From positions 96,001 to 160,000 of IMG/VR virus record IMGVR_UViG_3300030330_006573: a DNA stretch of 64,000 bases. The stretch is one strand, 5' to 3'. The stretch comes from a virus (Duplodnaviria; Caudoviricetes). Positions 10,060-18,451 of the stretch are shown piece by piece. The translations under genes and the position numbers were made by a program. A model generated the notes under the pieces. The model ran no database searches and was not told where the DNA came from. It worked only from the letters and a program-made list of their open reading frames with translations. Position 1 is the stretch's first letter; each line of letters opens with the position of its first letter.

Positions 10060-10988
10060 AGATATTAGTAACTGGAGGCGCTGGTTATGTCGGCTCAGTT
10101 TTAGTTCCAAAACTCTTAGAAGAGGGGTATAAAGTATGTGTGGTTGATAACCTAATGTATGATAATGGACATACAGTTATTCCATTTTTCAAAAATCCTA
10201 AATTTAAATTTATAAAAGGTGATGCCAGGGACGAATCTTTAATGAAAGATTTAGTTCATAATTTTGAGTTTGTAATTCATCTTGCTGCAATTGTCGGATT
10301 TCCTGCTTGTAGAAAAAATCCAGACTTAGCAACTACAGTCAATGTAGACTCATCTAAATTAATTTCCTCTTTACTTTCTAATGACCAAGGAACCGTATAT
10401 GCATCTACTGGCTCTAACTATGGAATCATAGAGAACGAAGTTTGCACAGAAGAGACTCCGCTGAATCCGATCAGCTTATACGGCAAAACAAAGACTGAAG
10501 CTGAAAACATTTTTCTTAATGAAAATGGTGCTGTAGCTTATCGTTTTGCAACAGCTTTTGGGCTTTCTCCTAGAATGAGACTTGATCTTTTAATTAATGA
10601 CTTTGTTTATCAAGCAATCAATAATAAAACCCTTGTTATGTTTGAAAAAACATTTAAGAGGACATTTATTCATGTTGATGATATGGCTAGAAGCATTGTA
10701 TATGCAATTCAAAATTATGACTCAATGAAAAACAATACTTTTAATGTAGGTGGTGATTTTAACAATTATAATAAAGAAGAAATCGCATTGATGATTAAAA
10801 GAAAGGTCGAATACTATCTTCATTTCGCTGAATTTGGAGAAGATGAAGATAAAAGAAACTACGAAGTTTCTTATCAAAAAATTAATGATGCTGGATTTTT
10901 TATTGAAAAAACAGTAGAAAAGGGCATAGATGAATTAATCCAAGCTTGTCCAGCTTTAGATAGTAGAAGTCAATATAAAAATGTATAA
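10056..10988 (+). CDS. NAD-dependent epimerase/dehydratase
   Basis: VTGGAGYVGS, HLAAIVG, YGKTK, RFATAFGLSPRMRLDL. Confidence 0.88.
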   Translation: MKILVTGGAGYVGSVLVPKLLEEGYKVCVVDNLMYDNGHTVIPFFKNPKFKFIKGDARDESLMKDLVHNFEFVIHLAAIVGFPACRKNPDLATTVNVDSSKLISSLLSNDQGTVYASTGSNYGIIENEVCTEETPLNPISLYGKTKTEAENIFLNENGAVAYRFATAFGLSPRMRLDLLINDFVYQAINNKTLVMFEKTFKRTFIHVDDMARSIVYAIQNYDSMKNNTFNVGGDFNNYNKEEIALMIKRKVEYYLHFAEFGEDEDKRNYEVSYQKINDAGFFIEKTVEKGIDELIQACPALDSRSQYKNV

Positions 10989-11922
10989 AAAGGTATTAGT
11001 CACTGGAGGCTCAGGATTTCTTGGCCGAAGAATTGTAGAAGAGTGTCAAAAACTTGGATATGAGGTTTTATCTCCAAGATCTTCTGATATGGACCTCTAT
11101 GACGAAGAAAATTTAAAAAAATTTATTAAATATAATTCGCCTGAAGTTATTATTCACTCTGCGGCTTATTATGGAGGCATAGGCATTTGTAATTCAGAGC
11201 CAGCAAACTTGTTTCATAATAATGCCTTAATGACGATTAATTTATATAAAGCCGCCTCAGAGTGCGGAGTCAATAAGGTTGTTGCCGTTGGTTCTGCATG
11301 CTCATACCCTGCATTAGTTGACGGCAATATGTCTGAAGATGATTTTTGGAATGGAGCTTTTCATGATACAGTAGAAGCTTATGGTTCATCAAAAAAGATT
11401 CAAATTATCGCACAAAACGCATACTACAAGCAACATGGCTTAAAAGGAAATCACCTGATTTTAACCAACCTGTACGGAGAGCATGATGTTTTTACTGAAT
11501 ATAGATCTCATGTCGTAGCAGCCTTAATTAAAAGATTTTCAGATGAAGTAGAAAAAGGTTCTGATAAAATTGTAAATTGGGGCGATGGAAGCCCAGAGAG
11601 AGAGTTCATATATGTTGGTGACGCAGCTAAAGCCTTAGCTATGTCTGTAGACCTAGAGCATGACCTCAAGCCAATTAACATAGGAACTGGAGTTGGAACT
11701 TCGATTAAAGAGTTGGCAGAAATTGTAGCTGATAATTTAAACTTTAAAGGCTCATTAGAATGGGATACTTCTAAACCAAATGGTGTTGCGAGAAAAGTTC
11801 TAGATGTATCCAGAATGAAAAAGATCTTTCCGCATTTTTCACCAATGCCGTTCGATCAAGGACTTAGGAAAACCTTAGACTGGTATCTTAAAAATAAAGT
11901 ATCAGCCGACTCAAGAAAATAA
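10981..11922 (+). CDS. fcl: GDP-L-fucose synthase
   Basis: TGGSGFLG, GGI, SACSYP, NLYG, SHVVAALI, WGDGSPEREFIY, WDTSKPNG; close to gmd. Confidence 0.85.
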   Translation: MYKKVLVTGGSGFLGRRIVEECQKLGYEVLSPRSSDMDLYDEENLKKFIKYNSPEVIIHSAAYYGGIGICNSEPANLFHNNALMTINLYKAASECGVNKVVAVGSACSYPALVDGNMSEDDFWNGAFHDTVEAYGSSKKIQIIAQNAYYKQHGLKGNHLILTNLYGEHDVFTEYRSHVVAALIKRFSDEVEKGSDKIVNWGDGSPEREFIYVGDAAKALAMSVDLEHDLKPINIGTGVGTSIKELAEIVADNLNFKGSLEWDTSKPNGVARKVLDVSRMKKIFPHFSPMPFDQGLRKTLDWYLKNKVSADSRK

Positions 11923-12009
11923 CAGAAAAAGCTTGCTTTTACACATTTTTTTTGGTATTTTCAAAAAAGTTCAATAATCGAACTTAATTATAAAAATTAC
12001 CCAAAATAC

Positions 12010-12024
12010 CGTGTAAACAAATTT
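12010..12024 (+). promoter_or_regulatory. GTGTAW motif (putative phage promoter) directly before nrdA GTG
   Basis: CGTGTAAACAAATTT then GTG; variant of a motif seen about 10 times in intergenic DNA. Confidence 0.45.
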
Positions 12025-14499
12025 GTGCAAGATATGGAAATTAATGTAAAAAAGAGGAACGGCAGATTAGTAAAATTTGATGTAGGTAAGATAAATGCGA
12101 GCGCACAGAGAGCGTGCGAAGGAGTAGAGGACGTATCTGCCAGTGAAATAGTGCTAGATGCACAACTCCAACTTTTTGATAAAATAACCACAAGAGAAAT
12201 TGACCAAGCTCTAATTCTATCTGCCAGAGAGAAGATAGAGAAAGAGCCTAACTATTCAAAGGCTGCAGCGCAATTATTGCTCAATACTCTTTACAAAGAA
12301 GTTTTCAAAGAGGGTGTTGATTCTGACACATTTAAACTTCAGTACAGAAAAAGTTTTATTCAAAACATAAAAAAGCTAGTAAAGGAAGATAGGCTAGATA
12401 AAAAATTACTTGATTTTGATCTTCCAAAATTATCTGAAGCATTGAAGATAAGAAGAGATAAGAAGTTTAAATATTTAGGCATACAAATTTTAACTGATAG
12501 ATATTTTATTAGACTCGATGAAAAATGCATGGAGGCTCCACAGAGCTTTTGGATGAGAGTCGCCATGGGTTTAGCAATAAATGAAGAAGACAAAAACAGC
12601 AAAGCTATCGAATTTTATAATTTGATAAGCAAAATGCTTTATACTCCTTCTACCCCAACCCTTTTTAATAGTGGAACAACTCACTCACAACTTAGTTCTT
12701 GTTATCTTAATACTTTCGATGATAGCATTGACGGTATTTTTGACGGCGCTTGGCAAGAAGCTCGCAAATCAAAGTATGCTGGTGGCCTTGGGCTTGATGT
12801 TACCCCTTTTCGTTCTACAGGTTCTCATATTCAAGGAACTAATGGCATATCTAGCGGCCTCGTTCCTTGGCTTAAAATATACAACGATCTTCTTGTTGCA
12901 GTAAATCAAGGAGGCAAGAGGCCAGGAGCTGGATGTGCTTATCTTGAACCTTGGCATTTAGACTTTGAGGATTTCTTAAATTTAAGGAGAAACACTGGAG
13001 ATGATAGACTTCGCTGTCACGATATGAACACAGCTTCTTGGATTCCTGACGAATTTATGCGTCGGGTTGAAAACGAAGGAGACTGGTACTTTTTTGATCC
13101 TAGAGACATGACATATGAAGATGGTAAAACTCTTCATGATTACTTTGGTAAAGACTTTGATGATCGCTATGAAGATGCATGTCGTGCTGCAGAAATGGGT
13201 GATATTAAAAATTTCAGAAAGATTCCAGCAAAAGATCTTTGGAAAAAAATGCTTAAGGTGCTATTTGAAACATCTCATCCATGGAATACATTTAAAGATC
13301 CATGCAATATTAGATATACAAACCAACACGAAGGAGCAGTTCGTAGCTCTAATCTTTGTACCGAAATAACCTTACATACAAAATCTTCTAAATATAAAAA
13401 AGGTGAAAAGACAGAAATTGGAGAGACTGCAGTATGTAACTTAGGTTCAATTAATCTATTAAACCATATTGATGAAGGTGAGCTTGATTATAATCTTTTA
13501 AAATCTACCATTCACACTGCGATTAGAATGCTAGATAATGTTATTGACATTAATTTTTATCCCACAAGAGAGGCTGAAAACTCTAACCTAAAACATCGCC
13601 CAATTGGCCTTGGAATGATGGCAATTCATGACATTCTTCACAAACTTGATATACAAATAGATAGTAAAGAGGCTGTTGAATTTAATAATAAATTATTTGA
13701 ATTTTATTCAATGCATGCTATTTATGCAAGCTCTATACTTGCAGCAGAAAGAGGCTCTTACGAAACATATGAAGGTTCTCTTTGGAGCAAAGGAGTTTTT
13801 CCAATCGATTCCTATAACAACTTAATGGTTTATAGAGGGGTTCAAAAAGTTCCTAAACAGTCTGCTACAGGCAAACCATTAACAGGCAAAGGGCAAACTC
13901 TTGACGAATGGAAAGAAGTAAGAATGCACGTTCAAGAACATGGAATGAGAAACTCAAATACAATGGCGATAGCTCCAACAGCCACAATTGGCTATATAAA
14001 TGGGGTAGAGCAAAGTATAGAGCCTAATTTCTCAGTTCTTTTTGTTTATGAAAATAAAAGCGGTAACTTTTATATAACAAATCCTCATTTTGTTAACGAC
14101 ATGAAAGAAAGAGGTCTTTGGAATGCAGAGGTATCCTCTTTCATAAAAAGTATTGATGGAGATTTATCCCTAGCAAATGGAAATATCCCAGAAGACTTAA
14201 AGGAAAAATATAAGACTGCATTTGACAGAGATATGTTTGCTTTAATTGAATCTACTGCAGTTCGCCAAAAATGGATAGATCAAGCTATCAGTTTTAATCT
14301 TTACAATAAAACAACATCTTTAAAATATTTAAATGATATATATATGGCATCTTGGAAGGCTGGCTTAAAAACTACTTACTATCTAAGAAATAGAGCTGCA
14401 AGCAAAGTTGAGAAATCAACCTCAGAAACTAAAAGCGAGCCGTCAGCTTGCAGCATAGAAGCCATGAAAAATGGAGAAGTTTGCGACTCTTGCCAATGA
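12025..14499 (+). CDS. nrdA: ribonucleotide reductase class I alpha subunit with N-terminal ATP cone
   Basis: VKKRNG ATP cone, TPTLFNSG, SSC, SNLCTEI, CNLGS, APTATI, KTTYY, C-terminal CDSC. Start is GTG 12025 or ATG 12034. Confidence 0.96.
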   Translation: MQDMEINVKKRNGRLVKFDVGKINASAQRACEGVEDVSASEIVLDAQLQLFDKITTREIDQALILSAREKIEKEPNYSKAAAQLLLNTLYKEVFKEGVDSDTFKLQYRKSFIQNIKKLVKEDRLDKKLLDFDLPKLSEALKIRRDKKFKYLGIQILTDRYFIRLDEKCMEAPQSFWMRVAMGLAINEEDKNSKAIEFYNLISKMLYTPSTPTLFNSGTTHSQLSSCYLNTFDDSIDGIFDGAWQEARKSKYAGGLGLDVTPFRSTGSHIQGTNGISSGLVPWLKIYNDLLVAVNQGGKRPGAGCAYLEPWHLDFEDFLNLRRNTGDDRLRCHDMNTASWIPDEFMRRVENEGDWYFFDPRDMTYEDGKTLHDYFGKDFDDRYEDACRAAEMGDIKNFRKIPAKDLWKKMLKVLFETSHPWNTFKDPCNIRYTNQHEGAVRSSNLCTEITLHTKSSKYKKGEKTEIGETAVCNLGSINLLNHIDEGELDYNLLKSTIHTAIRMLDNVIDINFYPTREAENSNLKHRPIGLGMMAIHDILHKLDIQIDSKEAVEFNNKLFEFYSMHAIYASSILAAERGSYETYEGSLWSKGVFPIDSYNNLMVYRGVQKVPKQSATGKPLTGKGQTLDEWKEVRMHVQEHGMRNSNTMAIAPTATIGYINGVEQSIEPNFSVLFVYENKSGNFYITNPHFVNDMKERGLWNAEVSSFIKSIDGDLSLANGNIPEDLKEKYKTAFDRDMFALIESTAVRQKWIDQAISFNLYNKTTSLKYLNDIYMASWKAGLKTTYYLRNRAASKVEKSTSETKSEPSACSIEAMKNGEVCDSCQ

Positions 14500-15107
14500 A
14501 GGTATTAAGCATAGGCACTAAAGGTATTTCTTTTGTAGAGTCTTCTCTCAAAAAGCTCAAAAGCTCTAATATTTCTTTTGAAACTTTAAATGTAGAATCT
14601 GACTTTGATAAATTTTTTGAGAAATGTCTTTTTGACAAAGATTTTTATAAATCTATCAAATCATCTGATATTGTAGTTGTAGATGCTATGATCTTAAAGG
14701 ATTTGATTTCTCAAGAAGATAATTTTAATTTTTATAGAAGAATTCAGAAGTTCTTTTATTTTATATATAGCATTAACAGAGCGACATCTTGCTTCTTGTC
14801 TTTTTATTTTTTTGACAAACAGTATAGAATCAAGAATCTCCCGACAACTAAATACGAAAACAATTTTTTTGATATTTTAGCTCCAGATAGTTTTTATAAA
14901 GCTTCTGAATTAAATGACCCAGAAATATTAATAGACTTAAAGCATGCATTTTTTAATCTCAATAAAAAAGTAAGTCAGAAAAAAACAAAAATCACATCAA
15001 TCGTTAAAAAAAGCAATGAAGATGTAAGCGAACAAGATACTGACGATAAGATTTCTCGCATACAAAAAATACTTGAAAAAAAATCAAAAAATATTATTAT
15101 AAAATAA
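14496..15107 (+). CDS. hypothetical protein
   Basis: ATG at 14496 overlaps the nrdA stop (ATGA). Confidence 0.6.
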   Translation: MKVLSIGTKGISFVESSLKKLKSSNISFETLNVESDFDKFFEKCLFDKDFYKSIKSSDIVVVDAMILKDLISQEDNFNFYRRIQKFFYFIYSINRATSCFLSFYFFDKQYRIKNLPTTKYENNFFDILAPDSFYKASELNDPEILIDLKHAFFNLNKKVSQKKTKITSIVKKSNEDVSEQDTDDKISRIQKILEKKSKNIIIK

Positions 15108-15125
15108 ACATTAACTTAAAATATT

Positions 15126-15317
15126 ATGATAAAATTCTACAATGTAAGAAAAAGAAATCATGTCGAAATCGAAGAGTCTTCCGTAAAAAAAGAGAAATAC
15201 GAGAAGACGACCAAGACTGGAAAGCTGTCTATTCGATATGCATTAAAAGCAGTAGACGATGATGGAACTGGGCTTACTAAATTTTGCAGTAAAGCTGATT
15301 ACGATGCCCTTCCCTAA
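15126..15317 (+). CDS. small basic protein, possible nucleoid/DNA-binding protein
   Basis: 63 aa, Lys-rich, KFYNVRKR...RYALKA...TKF pattern. Confidence 0.55.
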   Translation: MIKFYNVRKRNHVEIEESSVKKEKYEKTTKTGKLSIRYALKAVDDDGTGLTKFCSKADYDALP

Positions 15318-15751
15318 TGGGGCCAATACTTAATACTATATTGGGGGCAGGGATCAAGTTAGCCGCCAATTTAATAAACGCTTGGCTAGAGCAAAAGCGC
15401 CAAGATCAGATGTTCTTGGCTGCTAGAGACGAGGCTATGATGAAGGCTATGTTTGAAAATCAAATGCAGCAAGCAAAAGATCCTTTTGTCCAAGTTACTA
15501 GAAGAATATTATTTATGAGTATCACATTCACAATGTGTTACTTAATGATTTATTATGCGATGAACCCAGACATCCAATACCAGATAATAACCCCTAAAGG
15601 TGAGGGGCATAGATGGGGCTTGTTGTCTTGGGTTATTGGTGGAAAAGACTGGGAAGTAGTTACGCTTACAGGCGGCTTGCTTTTAAGCTCTTTTATGGAT
15701 TTATGTTTTATGGTTGTAGGCTTCTATGCCATACCAAGTAAAAGAAGATAG
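15317..15751 (+). CDS. membrane protein (holin-like topology)
   Basis: Amphipathic N-terminal helix, two hydrophobic segments and a basic C-terminus (GFYAIPSKRR). Confidence 0.5.
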   Translation: MGPILNTILGAGIKLAANLINAWLEQKRQDQMFLAARDEAMMKAMFENQMQQAKDPFVQVTRRILFMSITFTMCYLMIYYAMNPDIQYQIITPKGEGHRWGLLSWVIGGKDWEVVTLTGGLLLSSFMDLCFMVVGFYAIPSKRR

Positions 15752-15756
15752 TTAGC

Positions 15757-16317
15757 TTGGAAATAGCCTTATGCATTCTTTGCACTCTTTTCTTGAGTGT
15801 TTCTGTATTTTTATATTTTACCCTAAAAAGGCAGAAAAGCAGTTTTCAAAAACAATTTTCAAGTATTTCATCTGATTTCACCAATAGAGAAAACAATTTA
15901 CTTTCTAATATATCTACCTTGCAAGAATCTTTTAAGTCTCAAAATGAATCTATATTGGAAAGAAAGAAAGAGCTTGATGAAAAAGAAGGTATATATTTAG
16001 ACAAAATTAAAAGTTTAGAGGAAAATTTATTTGAAGAAACAGAAACTAGAAAAAAAATAACATCTCAGAAAAAAAGTAGTGAGGTTAGACTTGGTTTGGT
16101 AGCAGAGACCCTAGCTCCATTTCTTGATCAATTTAATTTCGAGCCAGAAGAATGCAGTTTTCTAGGCAAACCTATAGATTATATATCTTTTGGAGAAGAG
16201 GAAGTTACATTTATAGAAATAAAAAGTGGCAATGCAAAACTAAACAAAAACCAAAAAAGGATTAAAAAACAAATTGAGGACAAGAAAGTATCTTGGAAAG
16301 AGGTGCGAATAAAATAA
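15757..16317 (+). CDS. membrane-anchored Holliday-junction-resolvase-like endonuclease (Endonuc_Holl type)
   Basis: N-terminal TM helix, coiled coil, then GLVAETLAPF..FLGKPIDYISF..FIEIKSG..L...Q. Confidence 0.75.
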   Translation: MEIALCILCTLFLSVSVFLYFTLKRQKSSFQKQFSSISSDFTNRENNLLSNISTLQESFKSQNESILERKKELDEKEGIYLDKIKSLEENLFEETETRKKITSQKKSSEVRLGLVAETLAPFLDQFNFEPEECSFLGKPIDYISFGEEEVTFIEIKSGNAKLNKNQKRIKKQIEDKKVSWKEVRIK

Positions 16318-16326
16318 AATTATGAC

Positions 16327-16355
16327 TTGATATGATCCCATCTTTTTGTTATGAT
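16327..16355 (+). promoter_or_regulatory. sigma70-like promoter for nrdB
   Basis: TTGATA-17-TATGAT with TGn extended -10. Confidence 0.5.
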
Positions 16356-16373
16356 CGTTATATAGATTAAATT

Positions 16374-17387
16374 ATGGAAACAAAAACAGGAAAACTTTTA
16401 ACTAAAAATATAGCTGGAGTAAATAGGATTTTACCCCACAAGCATAAATATGCTTGGGATTTATTCCTAAAAAGCTGCGCCAATAATTGGATGCCTACTG
16501 AAATTGGCATGCAAGCTGATATCAAGCAGTGGAAGAATAATGAAATTACAGACGATGAAAAATTACTTGTTAAACGCTGCCTCGGATTTTTTGCTGGAAG
16601 TGAGTCTTTGGTTGGTAATAATCTTCTTTTATCTGCCTTTCGTTATATCACAGATGCTGAGTGCCGTCAGTACATCTTGCGTCAAGCTTTTGAAGAAAGT
16701 CTTCATAACCTTACAGTAGTATATATATGTGATAGCTTAGATCTTGATATTGAAGAAGTTTTTGCCGCTTATGAAACAATTCCAAGCATAAAAGCTAAAG
16801 ATGACTTTTTAATGTCAATCACAAATGATATTAGTAGGCAGGATTTTAATCCTTATTCAAAAGAAGGTAAACAAGAAATTTTGAGGAACTTTTTAACATA
16901 CTGGATTGTTTGTGAAGGGACATTCTTTTTTAGTGGCTTTGCAATGCTTTTAGCTCTAGGCAGACAAAATAAACTTCAAGGAGTTTCTGATCAAATTAAA
17001 TATACGCTTAGAGACGAAACCTCTCATATAGCTTTCGGAACTTACTTAATTAACACCCTGATTGAGCAAAACCCTTCTATTTGGACTAAAAAAATACAAG
17101 AAGAGTTTGTAGAGCACATCAAAAAAGCTGTTGAGCTTGAAATTGCATATGCTCATGATGTTCTCCCTACTGGCATTCTTGGCTTAAATGCTGAGATGTT
17201 TGTGGATTATATGCATTATATAGGAAATAGAAGGCTTGAAGCTATAGGTTTAGATTATCGTTTTCCTAGCGATAAAAATCCATTTCCATGGCTTGGCGAA
17301 GTTGTTGATGTCCAAGCTATGGGTAATTTCTTTGAGAGAAGAGTTAGAGAGTACCAACAAAGCGGATCTCTAGAAGACGACTTTTAA
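16374..17387 (+). CDS. nrdB: ribonucleotide reductase beta subunit, class Ic-like
   Basis: ANNWMPTE, EESLH, EGTFFFSGF, RDETSH, FFERRVREY. Confidence 0.95.
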   Translation: METKTGKLLTKNIAGVNRILPHKHKYAWDLFLKSCANNWMPTEIGMQADIKQWKNNEITDDEKLLVKRCLGFFAGSESLVGNNLLLSAFRYITDAECRQYILRQAFEESLHNLTVVYICDSLDLDIEEVFAAYETIPSIKAKDDFLMSITNDISRQDFNPYSKEGKQEILRNFLTYWIVCEGTFFFSGFAMLLALGRQNKLQGVSDQIKYTLRDETSHIAFGTYLINTLIEQNPSIWTKKIQEEFVEHIKKAVELEIAYAHDVLPTGILGLNAEMFVDYMHYIGNRRLEAIGLDYRFPSDKNPFPWLGEVVDVQAMGNFFERRVREYQQSGSLEDDF

Positions 17388-17608
17388 AGGGATTCGTAGT
17401 AAGCAACGTGCCCACTACTAGTGCACGTAAATCCATTACATCTAATTGGCGATACAAGTGCAATTGGTAGAGTTGTAACGGCTCCTCCTGAATCTATATT
17501 TAGATCCGTTTCGGCAAGTATTGCGGTTATATAGATAGCTCTCCCACTAGTTGCAGCCACACTTGTGCCAGCATTTATTTTAGATGAGATTGTTTTTGGT
17601 GTTGCCAC
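17384..17608 (-). CDS. small hypothetical protein (virion-protein-like composition)
   Basis: Fills the gap after nrdB, Ala/Thr/Ser/Gly-rich, preceded by a GTGTA motif. Confidence 0.6.
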   Translation of the reverse strand: MATPKTISSKINAGTSVAATSGRAIYITAILAETDLNIDSGGAVTTLPIALVSPIRCNGFTCTSSGHVAYYESL

Positions 17609-17623
17609 ATATATAAATACACA
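17609..17623 (-). promoter_or_regulatory. GTGTAW motif (putative phage promoter)
   Basis: Minus strand TGTGTATTTATATAT directly before GTG at 17608. Confidence 0.5.
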
Positions 17624-17662
17624 ATTTTTGTAAAAAAAATTTTTTATTTTTATTATAATTAT

Positions 17663-17676
17663 AGTGTAACCTATTT
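17663..17676 (+). promoter_or_regulatory. GTGTAW motif (putative phage promoter)
   Basis: AGTGTAACCTATTT upstream of 17709; an AGGAG SD follows. Confidence 0.45.
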
Positions 17677-17708
17677 TAGGAGTTACATTTCAATTATAGG
17701 AGTTTTAT

Positions 17709-18098
17709 ATGGCAAACGTAGAAGTATCAAAAAATATTGGTCCACACCAAGAGAAATCTTTGGACTCAATCACAGAAACGACAGAAAGTTCTGTTTTTTA
17801 TAGTGATCACTATACTATTCATTCTTATCAAGTTATTTTAAACGGAACACCAGACCCTACTACAAATCTTACATTTGAAATTCTTTGCACGAATGATGAT
17901 GGAAATAAAGATGGAGAATTTCCTGCAGATTCTGATAATTATCAAGCAGTTGCTTCGTACAATATAACCGATTCCGTAAATAGTGCAGGAATTATGTACA
18001 GTGATGTATGGAACTTTAAGTATGCGAAATGTAAAATTACAGTTAATAATCTTGGTAGTGTTACCAATGTTTCTGTGATAGAAAAACATAACGCTTAA
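17709..18098 (+). CDS. hypothetical beta-rich protein, paralog A
   Basis: AGGAG SD; shares SKNIGPH, HSYQVI, WNF..AKC and VIEKHNA with the next ORF. Confidence 0.75.
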   Translation: MANVEVSKNIGPHQEKSLDSITETTESSVFYSDHYTIHSYQVILNGTPDPTTNLTFEILCTNDDGNKDGEFPADSDNYQAVASYNITDSVNSAGIMYSDVWNFKYAKCKITVNNLGSVTNVSVIEKHNA

Positions 18099-18100
18099 AA

Positions 18101-18451
18101 GTGTCCAAATTAGAGACATCAAAGAATATTGGGCCTCACCCATTCTACTCCATAAATGGAGCGACTACCCCTACCCATAGTCGCACTCAAGATGTCGGAA
18201 ATTTCACAAAGCATAGTTATCAAGTTATATGCGATAATGTCGGAGCATCTGCAGAGATATCTTTTTATATTTTTGGCAAAAATGAGCTTACTTCAAAATG
18301 GCAAAAAGTTGCTGGTTATTTAATAACCAGTGCTCGTAATAATAATGGAATCCTATATTTTGATTGTTGGAATTTTAATTTTGCAAAATGTTGTGCTATA
18401 GGCACTTTTGGCGGAGCTACAATTACTGTTATAGAAAAGCATAATGCCTAG
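18101..18451 (+). CDS. hypothetical beta-rich protein, paralog B
   Basis: Tandem paralog of 17709..18098. Confidence 0.75.
   Translation: MSKLETSKNIGPHPFYSINGATTPTHSRTQDVGNFTKHSYQVICDNVGASAEISFYIFGKNELTSKWQKVAGYLITSARNNNGILYFDCWNFNFAKCCAIGTFGGATITVIEKHNA

Noticed and set aside
11967-11985. AAGTTC-N7-GAACTT inverted repeat before nrdA (possible operator or terminator)
   Set aside because: Only 6 bp in AT-rich DNA, with no U-tract and no match to the NrdR box.
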